Shown: in pieces, positions 7,934-18,841 of the stretch
Position numbering within the stretch: the first letter of the stretch is position 1
Layout of the letters: each line of letters opens with the position of its first letter
Assembly (NCBI GenBank): GCA_026936335.1
Contig: JAPMXV010000002.1
Location: 124,001-188,000, forward strand
Reading direction: 5' to 3'
DNA length: 64,000 nucleotides
From: Mantamonas sphyraenae STR306
Lineage: Eukaryota > Protista > CRuMs
Notes under the pieces: model-generated
The model's input: the letters and a program-made list of their open reading frames with translations, nothing else
Databases searched by the model: none
Told to the model about the DNA's origin: nothing
Translations under genes and position numbers: made by a program

Positions 7934-10192
7934 ATGTTTGCACGAGCGTCGGGCTTGAGGACAGCCGGCCGGGTGCAACCGATGTGTACACAGCAGTGGC
8001 AGAGAGCATTTGGCACACATGGGATGACAGGCGAACGGATGATGATGCGTGACGGAAGCGAGGCGAGGGCAAACACCAGCCAACCGCCGGTTCCGACGAA
8101 TCTCCGGCCGCAGAGTGAGGGGTTTGTGGGCCTGGGAGTCAGCACACCACAAGAGCTGGCTGCCCTGTGTAGCGAGGCACAGGTGGAAGTGGCACGGATG
8201 GCGTCTCGAGTGAAGCAACACGCACAGAAGGGCAGCGTGGAGGTGTTGGAACTGATGGATTCGATTTCAAACACAGCGTGCGTGGTGGCCGACGCATGTC
8301 ACTTTTGCCGCAACATCCACTCGAATGAAGAGTGGGTGCAAGTGTCCAGCAGGGCATTGGAACAGCTGTTGCACCAATTGGGCGAATTGAACGCCGACGT
8401 CGCCCTGCGGGATGCCTTGCAAGCCATGCTCTCCGACCCGGAATGCATGGCCCAGCTGGACGAGGACCAGCGTGCAACTGCATCATTGCTCATGGATGAT
8501 TTCATCAAGAATGGCATCCATTTGCCCAATGCCCAGCGTGCCAAGGTGGTGGAGCTCACCAACGACATTGAACACCTCAGCGCCGCCTTTCAGACCAACC
8601 TGGCCAGACCCGCTTCCCAAATCAGCATGCATGTGAACAATACGGAACGTGCCTATGGACTCGTCAATCGCAGTTCCGAGGATGCAAACGGAGGAGCGTC
8701 GCAGTTGTCATCACCACCACCACCACCATCACCACCGAAGCTGCCCATGGGTGTGCGATGGCGAACTCCAGGCGACCCCACCGACCCCATGCTGCACATA
8801 GACTTGCCACACATGCGTGTGAGCCACGAAGACTACCGACAGATCCCGTGGTTGCGCAGTGTGGTGTTTCGTGCCATGCAACGTGCACGTGTGGAGGCCA
8901 ACCAGCCCGTGCTTGCCCAATTGCTGGACCTGCGTCGCGAACGCGCAAAGATCATTGGATACGAGAGCAGCGTGCACATGGAGTTGAAGAACTCGTACAT
9001 GCAATCGCCGGCCGAGGTGATGAGCATGCTGAAGCAGTACACGTTGGCCAACCAGGAGCCTCTGCAAGAGGAACTGGCCCTCATGCGTGCGTATGTGAAC
9101 GGCGACAGTGGCGGTGGACCCCACCACCACCACCAACAGCACCAGCAGCCTCTTCGTGACTTTGACGAGAATTGGATGACTCGGATGGCACAGTCAGCCG
9201 TGCTGGCAAGGGATCAATCGCGCCCGTTGCAATTTACAGTGCACAGTGCCCTGGAGGCTGTCAAGAGGCTGTTTGACATGCTGTTTGGCATCCAATTGAA
9301 ACAGGTGGAGGCCAGCATGCCCGAAACCTGGCATCCCAGCGTGACCAAGTACGAGGTGGTGGACGAAAACGAAGGCATCATCGGCTTGCTCTACGTCGAC
9401 CTGCTGCATCGGCCGGGCAAGTACAACCACGCCGGCATGTTTACACTGCGTGGCTCCAAGATGATCAGCGATCGCGAGTACCAGTTGCCCACGGTGGCCA
9501 TGGTCATGGGCATTCCGGGCACCTCCCACGCCACTGCCATCGATTTTGACCAAACCTCCACCATCTTGCACGAGTTTGGCCATGTCATGCACGCGGTGAT
9601 GGGACGCACGCGCTATCAACATGTGTCTGGGACGCGCACAAGCCTCGATTTTGTGGAGGCCCCGTCCACCCTCATGGAAAACATGCTTCGGGACTACGAC
9701 GCCGCGAGCACACTGTTTGATGAGGTGCGTGCGTTGGAAAGGTCCAGCTTTGACACCATCATGGAAGCCACCACGATGTTCAGCACGGTCGATCGGCAGC
9801 TGCAGGTCAACCTGGCCATGCTCGACCAGCGCTTGCACACCAGCGAGACGCAGTTTTATCCCGTACGACACACACCCACAGAGGATGACCACCTCTACGA
9901 CCCTATGGCCGAGATTTGCAACGAGGTGTACAGCGAGTTTAGCCCCTTTGGCTATGGCGACCACCAATACCACACCCAGTTTGCCCATCTGGCAAACTAT
10001 GGCGGTAGCTATTATTCCTATCTGCTGTGTCGCCACATCAGCACCACCATCTGGAACGAGAAGTTTGCCCACGCGCCCCTTGACCGCGCTGTAGGCATGG
10101 AGTATCGCGACAAAGTCCTTCGTCACGGCGGCGGCAAGCATCCTCGTGATATCATGGCTGACTACGTCCCTGTCGAAATGCCCCACATGTGA
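7934..10192 (+). CDS. MIPEP: Mitochondrial intermediate peptidase (M3A metallopeptidase, Oct1)
   Basis: Zinc motif TILHEFGHVMHAVMGRTRYQHVSGTRTSLDFVEAPS, plus YVDLLHRPGK, FAHLANYGGSYYSY and VLRHGGGKHP. Arg-rich presequence MFARASGLRTAGR at ATG 7934. Confidence 0.93.
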   Translation: MFARASGLRTAGRVQPMCTQQWQRAFGTHGMTGERMMMRDGSEARANTSQPPVPTNLRPQSEGFVGLGVSTPQELAALCSEAQVEVARMASRVKQHAQKGSVEVLELMDSISNTACVVADACHFCRNIHSNEEWVQVSSRALEQLLHQLGELNADVALRDALQAMLSDPECMAQLDEDQRATASLLMDDFIKNGIHLPNAQRAKVVELTNDIEHLSAAFQTNLARPASQISMHVNNTERAYGLVNRSSEDANGGASQLSSPPPPPSPPKLPMGVRWRTPGDPTDPMLHIDLPHMRVSHEDYRQIPWLRSVVFRAMQRARVEANQPVLAQLLDLRRERAKIIGYESSVHMELKNSYMQSPAEVMSMLKQYTLANQEPLQEELALMRAYVNGDSGGGPHHHHQQHQQPLRDFDENWMTRMAQSAVLARDQSRPLQFTVHSALEAVKRLFDMLFGIQLKQVEASMPETWHPSVTKYEVVDENEGIIGLLYVDLLHRPGKYNHAGMFTLRGSKMISDREYQLPTVAMVMGIPGTSHATAIDFDQTSTILHEFGHVMHAVMGRTRYQHVSGTRTSLDFVEAPSTLMENMLRDYDAASTLFDEVRALERSSFDTIMEATTMFSTVDRQLQVNLAMLDQRLHTSETQFYPVRHTPTEDDHLYDPMAEICNEVYSEFSPFGYGDHQYHTQFAHLANYGGSYYSYLLCRHISTTIWNEKFAHAPLDRAVGMEYRDKVLRHGGGKHPRDIMADYVPVEMPHM

Positions 10193-10256
10193 AGCCGATG
10201 TGGGGCGGCGTCTGCGCTTGGCAAGCCAGGAAAAAACACCGACGACATCCGAGCGA

Positions 10257-11579
10257 ATGGTGAGCCGTCCCCGAAATGCAAATGACCCTGTCCTTGTGTG
10301 TGTGTGTGTGCTCGTGTCTTCCAGAGATTAATTGCGTATTGTTGGAAGTCTTCTGTGTGCATGCGTGTGATTAGGATGCCCGTGGTGTACACTTTTTGCA
10401 GTGCAGCCTTGGTCGGTTCTCGGGAACTCGACATGAAATGAAGACAATCGCTCACCTTGACCACGCACGGGGACGCATGCACAGAGCACAACGGCAACGA
10501 CAAAGGCTTCGAATGGCTTCACCATTGTCGAGGCCACTGGTTTGGTGCTACAGATGTTTGTGGAGAAGCTGCATTGGCCGCAGCGTGGGAGCCCTGATCC
10601 CGAGTTTGCTTCCCCACCCAGCTCGACCACACGCGTTCACGTCGTCCTCCTCGCCTCCATCCATTCCATCTCGGGCGAATTCTTTATTCCTACACACGCT
10701 CTATGTCTCCTCGACCTGTACATGAGCAAGAGTGAGGTGCCGCCACACTGGTACAACAACGAGCTCGTGCGGCTCAAACGCTGGCCAGCGGCCCTTCTCA
10801 AGAACTTGCTTGTGGATCCCACTCTCAAGAGCGCCTGTTTCAAGTCTGAGGTGGATGCCATGCGATCGAGCGATGTCCTTGCTGTCGAATGCTGGCATGG
10901 ACGCCGCTCGACGTTTGCTCGTCTCTCGGGCAAGCGAGGGGACGATCAGTACCACATGGACCGCGTGCGCGAGTGTTTCAGCCGCGTGCGCGACGGAGAC
11001 ATGAGTATGCTCAGCCCCATGCAACACGGACACTGCAGTCTCAATCAAGTGCGAGCCATGCTTGCCGAGAACAGGCAGGAGCAAAGCATCATGCTGGAAC
11101 GCATGTGCTCCTTCTTTCTCGAGCAGATGAGCATCAAGGAGGCTTCACATCGCCAGAACATGATGCGTCTCATCGGCAATCTGCTCGTGGAGGACGACGG
11201 TGAGCAGGAGGCAGCCAACAACCAGGTGGATGTGTCGCATGATGGGCATGCACACGACAATGACAGCCACTTGGTGGCCAAACAGCTCGACGACATCCTT
11301 CATGCGCAGCCGCAGCTGGTACAGTCCATCCTCACCGACGTGTCACCGCAACACAAACGCAAGAACACAAACGAGCACGACCACGTTCGCGACCAGTCGC
11401 ATGCAAGTCCATCACAGGTCAAGTTCAAGCATCCCAGGCCGCACAACCGTGCCACGTCGACCACAGAGTCCACCAAACGATCCCTGGAGGACGTGTATGA
11501 GTTCAACGACGACGACGACGGCGATCTGACGGAGCAACCGATCAAGCGGCAGCGAGTTGCGCCAGCGGCCGCCCAATGA
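10257..11579 (+). CDS. Hypothetical nuclear protein, tentative join(10257..10259,10325..10354,10485..11579)
   Basis: Main exon open from 10485 to 11579, with a C-terminal NLS-like PIKRQRV. The upstream microexons are inferred from GT..AG pairs that keep the frame, so the 5' structure is uncertain. Confidence 0.6.
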
Positions 11580-14500
11580 AAACCATCTTCTGCTCTCTGC
11601 TTGCACTGGTGCTCCTTCTCAACTCTCTGTGTGGGGTCACACGGGCTGCCGTCTCGCTGGACGCCGGCATGTACAACGGCGTCCACGTGGACCTGCCCAA
11701 ACCCAGAGCAGTCGTCGAACCCGACTGGGAGGAGCACCTCGTGCAAACGGGACTCAAGCACCCAGAGGCCGCCCGTTTGCCACGCAATGTGCAAGGAGTG
11801 CCTGTGCTGGAGTACAACATGCCGTACGCCAAAGTGCTTGCGGAACGACACGCGCTGCAGGCCTTTCGAAACGCAAGCGAACGCGGCTGCTCCATAGGTT
11901 GGCAGAACGTCCACTGGCACCACCCATGCCATTGTCAATGGACAGGCATTGGATGCAACGTGCCCAGTGTCAACTCGGGCACCACTCAATTCGGTACGTG
12001 CGTGTTTGGTGTGCCACGCCCGTGTGAAACACGCTTGTGTCGCTGACCTCCAACCCGACCCCACACACACAGCCAACCAGTGCAATCCGACCACGTGCCA
12101 CAATTGCACTGTCGTTGGAATAGGCATCCAGGACAGCAACGTGCACATCCCCAACACCAACGAGCCCATCACGCCCCTCCTCTCGGGTCTCCCGAATCTG
12201 CTCCTGTTCGACGTGAGCACAGCCCTGAACTACGGCACTTCAAGCAACCAAACCCGGTACGACGAACTCACGAACCTCCTCGCCGCATCTCGATGCCCCT
12301 TTGGCATGTCCAGCGTGCCCTGGAACGCCGTGCTCAGCCACCCGTCCCTCGCCGTCTTCCGAAAGTGGCCCTCCGTGTACGACATGAAACCCACTGTCAG
12401 CGATAGCGATCTGCCCGTGTCCACCTCACTGGTGGAAATCAACCTGAGAGACGTCCAGGCATACCTGAGCAGGACGTTCTTCTCGCGAATGCCCAACCTC
12501 CAGATCCTGCGCCTGGGTCAGGCACAGTATGACAGTCCAATGCCATCGGACATGTTCGTAAGCATTCCCAATCTCCGCGCCTTTGACTTCTCCGGCGGCG
12601 AGAAACTTCCATCGCGAGCAGGAATCACGGGCCAGCTCCCGGATTCCATCCGCTCCCTCACCAAATTGGCGGAATTTCAGATCACCTTTACGGGCATCTC
12701 CATCTGGTCGGGGTTGGTCTCTCTTCAAACCATGTGCCTCATCCCTGCTCTACCTGGATCTGCGCACAAACAACTTGCGCGGAGATTTTAGTCGAGATCT
12801 CGACTCGTCATTCACCGTGCTCAACACACTGGTGCTGGCCAACAACCACCTTCGTGGTGAAATGCCCTGGAGTATCATCTCCGGTTGGACCTCGATGTCC
12901 AGTCTGGCCTTATCGCTGAACAACCTCCACGGATCGTTGGATCTCAACGCGCTGAGCAAGCTCAAGAGCTTGGAAGAGGTGTACATGCAGTTCAATGGCT
13001 TGCGTGGCATTGACGGAGACCCAGCCTTGTTGGCGACCATGCCCAGACTGGGATCGCTCAAGCTTGACGGCAACAACTTTGACGGCGGCATCGACTTTGC
13101 CCCGTTGTGTGCCATCCCATCGCTTCGGATCCTGGGGTTGGGTCTCAATCACATTGGCACCTCGTTGGAGGACAACCATTTTGAATGTCTGCTGAAGAAG
13201 ACCACCATGGAGCAGCTGTTCCTGTCCTCCACCGGATTGTCTGGCAACCTGCCCACCGATGTAGACATGTCCAACTCGCGCATGGGAGTCCTGGACATCT
13301 CCACTTGTCAGCTCACGGGTCCGCTGCCCGAGTGGATCATGCGTGGATGGGCCGCTTCCAAGACGATTCTGCTGCGTGGCAACAGGTTCGAGGGACCCAT
13401 CCCCGATGTCGACAGCACACTTGTCACTCTGGATCTGTCGCAAAACTTTCTCACCGGGCCCATTCCATCAAAGGTGTTCTCTCCTCGTCTGATCTCCCTG
13501 GAAATCAACTCCAACCAGCTCACCGGGGCCCTCGATTGGCAGGCGATCCATCGTGCACCCTTCCTCACCCGCTTGTCGCTGGCGGACAACCAGCTTACGG
13601 GCGGTGTCAACACCACTGCACTTTCCACCCACCGGTCCCTGGTCTCTGTGATTCTGTCCAACAACCCTCTGGGAGGCACCCTGGATCTTGTTCCCTTGCT
13701 CACCTCCAAAACACCCCTCAGGTACAAAGAGATGTCCCTGTCCAACGTACAGCTCACCGGCGTGTTGGACCTCACCATGTCCGACAACTTTCGCTTCATT
13801 TGGGCCAAGCTGGACCTGAGCAAGAACCAGTTCACAGGCGGCATCAAGGCATCGCGCCTTGTGTCCCATTCCACCTCGCTGACTTTGGACGACAATCCCA
13901 TGCTGCGCTTCAACGTTTCCGACATCGACCTCGACCAATCTGGCATCAGGAGCATCATGGAGTTGCACGCCTCCAACTGTGGACTCGAGGGCGAGCTCGA
14001 TCCACGCACGTTTCAGGTGCTTCCCTCCCTCACCGACCTTGACCTCAGTCACAACAAGCTCACGGGCGCCATTCCCGCCAGTTTGGGCCTGTTGACCGAT
14101 TTGATCACGTTGGATTTGTCCAACAACAGCTTCACCAGTGGATTGCCACCGGTGATGATTTCCCTTGCCTCCTTGCAGGTCATCGATTTGTCCAGCAATC
14201 CCCTCAACATGCCCGTGGAGACGGCCATTTCGTCGCTCGTGTCCTTTTCCGTCTCGTCCGTCTTCTCCATCGCATACACGGGCGGCTTCAACGGCGACAA
14301 GCAAAAGTCGCTCAGCATGCAGCGGTTGGCCCTTTCCAACTGTGGCCTCACGGGACGTTTGGACTCGCTCTCACTCACCTCGTTGGCCAACGTGACCCAC
14401 ATTGACCTGAGCCACAACCAGATCAGCGACCAGCTGCCCTCGTTTGAGGATCGAGTGGTCCTCGGCAGCGAAGTCAACCAGGTCATCGTCGTCCGCTTCC

Positions 14501-16305
14501 CAGCCACCACCATTGTCAATCTCGACGTGTCACACAATCCACTCATCACGGGCTCCCTGCCTACCTCCTACGCAACCGTACGCTCCCTGCAGAATGTGGA
14601 CGTTCGCGGCACCGGCCTGCGTGTCACGCGCATCCCATCCTTCCTCAAGCCATCCGCTTCGGAATCCTTTGCCGTACCACACCTGAACCTCACCTGCAGC
14701 ACCCTCGTGGCCACCCAGACTGGCATGCGCCTCTCTTCCGACGCCACCTTTGTCGAATATGCTAATTGCGAGTGCACCGCAGGGTTCTTTGGGCATGCGA
14801 GTGACAGAAGCACCTGTTCCGATTGCTCCCGTGTGCCCGGATGCAACTGCCGCGGCGCAGGGCGCATTTCGGGATGCTACCCACAACCAAAGAAGATCAA
14901 CAGCAGCAACAGCACCAGCAGCAGTGCCTCTTCGACGACCTCCACAGCGGCGGCTGTCAACGGCTACGACCTTTTGGTGTGTCCCGTGCAAAGTGCATGC
15001 AATCCTGACGAGACGGTGCCCTTCACGTGCCGTCAGGGCTACACCGGACGCCTGTGTTCCCAGTGTGCTTCGTCGTACTACGCCAAGGACCGACAGTGCA
15101 TCAAGTGTGCAGAGGGCTCCATTGTCCTGCTGATCGTACTCTTTGCGGTGGGGTTCATGGCAGCCGTGTTCTTTGCCTACCGCTTCCAGATGAAGAGCAA
15201 GGACGGCAAATCCAAGATCTTTGTGTTTTTCGTGCAAACCTTGTCCGTCCTCCAGGGAAGTGGACTGACGTGGAGTGAGAGTGGCGTGGCAGCGGCCATG
15301 TTCCAAGGAGCCAGCCACACCACCAGCACGTTCAACTTCTCCCTGGCCAATCTGCAGTGTCTGTCCACAGACACCTTTTTGGACTTTAAACTCACCATGT
15401 CGGTTCCCCTGCTCATTATCGCCTCTGCACTCATCCTATACGCCATTGTGCGAGCGCACCATCGTCGCCTGCCATACGGACGGGCGCCGAGCAGACAGGA
15501 AGACGTCATCCGCTGCTTCTACGTCGCCATCTTTCTGTTCTTCACATTCTACAACCAGGCAATTGTGACATCGCTGTCCATCATGAGCTGCACGCTGGTG
15601 ACGTCAAATGCCACCTTTCTGAACGCGTACCCGTGGGTGCAGTGTGCTCCTGTGGTGCCTGGCAGCGAGTATGAGGGTGTGCTCGTTGTGGGCATTCTGG
15701 GCTTCCTCATCTATGTTGTGGGCATTCCCCTCTTTGTGGTCTTTCTCATGTTCCGTTTGCGCGATGGCCAACCCGACAACGCCATCATTGTCTACCTTTC
15801 GTCAGCGTACAAGGAGGAGTTTTTCTGGTTTGAAATGGTCATCCTGGCACGCAAGCTGCTACTCGCCGTAATGGTTGTGGTGGTGCCCTTCTACGACGTC
15901 ATTGCGAGCGCCCTCGGCGTCATCATCGTGCTCCAACTCTCCATCCTCCTCAACTCACGCCTGCAGCCCTACAAGAACCATTGGGACAACGAGCTGGACA
16001 ACATATCACTCTATGTGCTGCTGTTCACCTATCTGGTTGGGTTGATGTTCTCCATGTCGCCCGTGGGTACGCTGGACGACACCCTGCTGAACACGGTGAC
16101 GATTGTGGTCATCATTGTGCAGCTTGCTGTCGCCGCCGTTCTCGTCTACTTCATTGCCACCGCAAAGCTGGAGAAGGCCGGTCAAGTGTTTCAGAAGCTG
16201 CGCGACCTGGCTGCCGACCGCAGCAGCTCCAGCTTGCTCAACGCGCGACGCACTCCGTTGCTCCACGAGGAGGACGAGAACGACGTTGCGGGACGTGGGT
16301 TTTAG
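11576..16305 (+). CDS. LRR-ectodomain, Cys-rich, multi-pass membrane receptor-like protein; intron 11994-12072; frame break near 12703
   Basis: Signal peptide MKTIFCSLLALVLLLNSLCG; plant-type LRR N-cap CHCQWTGIGC; more than 20 LxxLDLSxNxLTG repeats; CxxGYTGRLCSQC module; 7-9 hydrophobic segments. Two frames must be joined near 12703. Confidence 0.85.
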
Positions 16306-16348
16306 GCATTGCACAGTGTTTCTTGTAAACGATGATGTGATCAGTTGT

Positions 16349-18647
16349 TCATTGCTCGCCACTGGCAACCACAATGCTGCGTGCCAGGTTGCGTGTGAGT
16401 GCAAACTGGACGAGTTGCCATTCCTCGGCGTCATCGCCCGACTGTTGGTGCTCGCTTGTCACCTCTTGCAGACAGCCCATGAGGGCGTAGGTGTCCTGGA
16501 CGCCAAACACCAGTTGGTTCTGTTCCAGCATGGGCATGGACATGTTGAGCAGTCGCTTGCGAAGGACGCCGGGCAATTGGCCGTCGCGCACCAAATCCAG
16601 CAGCATTTGGCCAGCCTCTTCGTACAACTCCTCCTCACACAGCACCTGGTACTCGTGCAACTTGTACACGAAACTGAGCCACGCAGAGACGCCGTGGCTG
16701 CGATTGATGCGTGCGGACAGCACCTGGACGTCGTCCATCTCGCCATGCTCCAGCAGCTGTTGGCACGCCAGATCCACGCGTGCACTGTCCTTGGCCTTCA
16801 GAAACCACACAATGGCGTCCACGTAGCGGCCTGCCTTGAGCCTCTGCTGTCCCAACACACGGTGGATGCCCTGTGCCGTGTCGTGGAGGGTAAACTCTTC
16901 GCACACGCGCAGCAGCTTGAACGCGGTGCGTTCGGTGTCCACGCGCTGCCTCTCCACACACGCTTGGATGTACTGGCGACCCACGGTGGGGCATGCCGCG
17001 TAGTAGCGCACCGCAAGGGTCCACATGTTTGTGTCACCGCTGAGCGCATCTGCGTACTGCAGCAGAAAGTACTCGTGGAGGTTCAATCCAATGCCCAGTT
17101 GCATGTCTTCCAACACCCCGGCGTGGTGCAACAGGTCGCCCAGGTGTGCCACCATCCACCAGTCGCTAAACACATCCGTGCACATGCGCAGTGCCTCGCC
17201 CAGCTCGAAATCCAGCACATGCAGCACAATCTGGTCCTCAAAACTCACCGAGTCGGCGTTGTGCCCGTACACACGCAGACACTCGGTGGTGTAAAAGTGC
17301 ACGTCGCTACTGCTGCTGTTGGGATACCAGTAGCGCATCTGCGCCACGAGCATCATTCAGCCAGCTTTCACACACCGACTCTTCCTCCTGCTCCTGCTCC
17401 TGCTCCTGCCCCTCATCACCATCATGATCATTATCATTCTGACTGGCATCACCCACCTTGCGGCTGGCCAGCTCCTCCAGGACCTCGCGGTCGCCGCTGA
17501 GGATGCGAAAGATGAGCACAAAGTCCTTCTGCATGAAGGTCTCCTCCAGGATCTTGCGACAGTCGTCCTGCCACTTGCGCCACGATTGCAGAAACTCGGC
17601 CACGCGCTGGCCTGCAAACACGGGCATCTCCATCAGCACGGTTTCGGTGAGTGCAAACACATTCTTGCTCGGCTCCGTGTTGCTTGCCTGCGGACGCATC
17701 GAGTGTGCTGCAAGCAGATCCATTGTCTGCTCAAAGTTGCCCATCATCACAAGACGATACACAGTGGGCCAATACCACGCATGCTTCTCCACCGCCCCAC
17801 GCACCTCCAGCAGTTCGTTCACACGCTCCAACACAGGCTGTCCAAAGTGCTCCTGGTACCACACTGCCATCTCGCTCACAATCACATTCGAAGGCTGCAG
17901 GTGCACCAATTCAATCAGATGCCACAGCCGCTGCGTGGCACTCAGGCTGGCCAGCTCTCGTGCGATGCCCGCTCGTGCCTCTTCCTCCGCCTCGGCCTCC
18001 TCCGCTTCTTCCTCCTCCCCCATGTCCACACCCTCGGCATTCCGCTGCGCCTCTGTCTGCTGCAATCGCCTGTACTCCAGGTCTAGAATCGCCCTGTAGG
18101 TCACTGAAAATTGCAACAGGTCCACTGCCCCCAGCGACGATTTGTTGTTGTTGCGTCCGGCCCCGCGCCTTCCGCGACGAATCCCGCTCAGTCCGGCCTC
18201 GGCAGAAGCTTCCAACAGTTCAAGGCGTTTCTGCATGGCTGCAAACACTTGGAAGGACTCGTAGATGGCCTGTGTGTCCGCGTAGCGAGTTGTCCTCTGT
18301 GTCAGCTGCGCCTGATCGGGAACATGCGCGCTTCTTTCCCACAAAAGGTGCCCAAATGGCACATGTGGGGCGACTGATGCGACCACACATCGCCACCGCA
18401 GTCGATATCTGGTGTTTATGGATGCACCTACCCCACGTCGCTTCTGTGTAAAGATGGTGTTGTCGTTGTACACACCCAGAGTTTGGCTCCCTGTCGGCTG
18501 CTTGGTTCGCCTGCGTGACGGCTCTTCGCCACACACACCCAGTAGCAATGAGTTGCCAAGCGAAAAGCTAATGGTCATCTTGCGGTCCTTGAGCAGAGGG
18601 ACCTGCACATTGGCTGCTTCGGGAACCTCGTCTGAGTTGTTGCTCAT
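16349..18647 (-). CDS. NUP85: Nucleoporin Nup85 (Y-complex); probable in-frame intron starting at 18431; frame break near 17357
   Basis: Motifs LWHLIEL, HAWYWPTVYRLVMMG, WRKWQDDC, ILSGD, WWMVAHLGDLL, LHEYFLLQYA, WTLAVRYYAAC, AFKLLRVC. Two ORFs join at ESWL|MMLVAQMRYWYP. Confidence 0.85.
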
Positions 18648-18841
18648 TGAAACTTTGCACAAGCTGTCGCGTGGAGAACTGGTGGAAGCAATTGTACATG
18701 ACGAATGGAGACGACAGTGTCCGTGATGTGTGGGCCAGGGCAGCATCGCCAAGAGCGGTGGGGTGTCTTGCAGCAGAGAAAGAGAGGGAGAAAGAGATCA
18801 TTCGCGTTGAACCACCTGCCACACCCAATCTCACCCCATTC

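Noticed and set aside
7703-8221. ORF-track N-terminal extensions making MIP and the coiled-coil gene overlap head-to-head
   Set aside because: The extensions translate microsatellite or intron DNA from non-ATG starts; better starts are at 7934 (+) and 7765/7870 (-).
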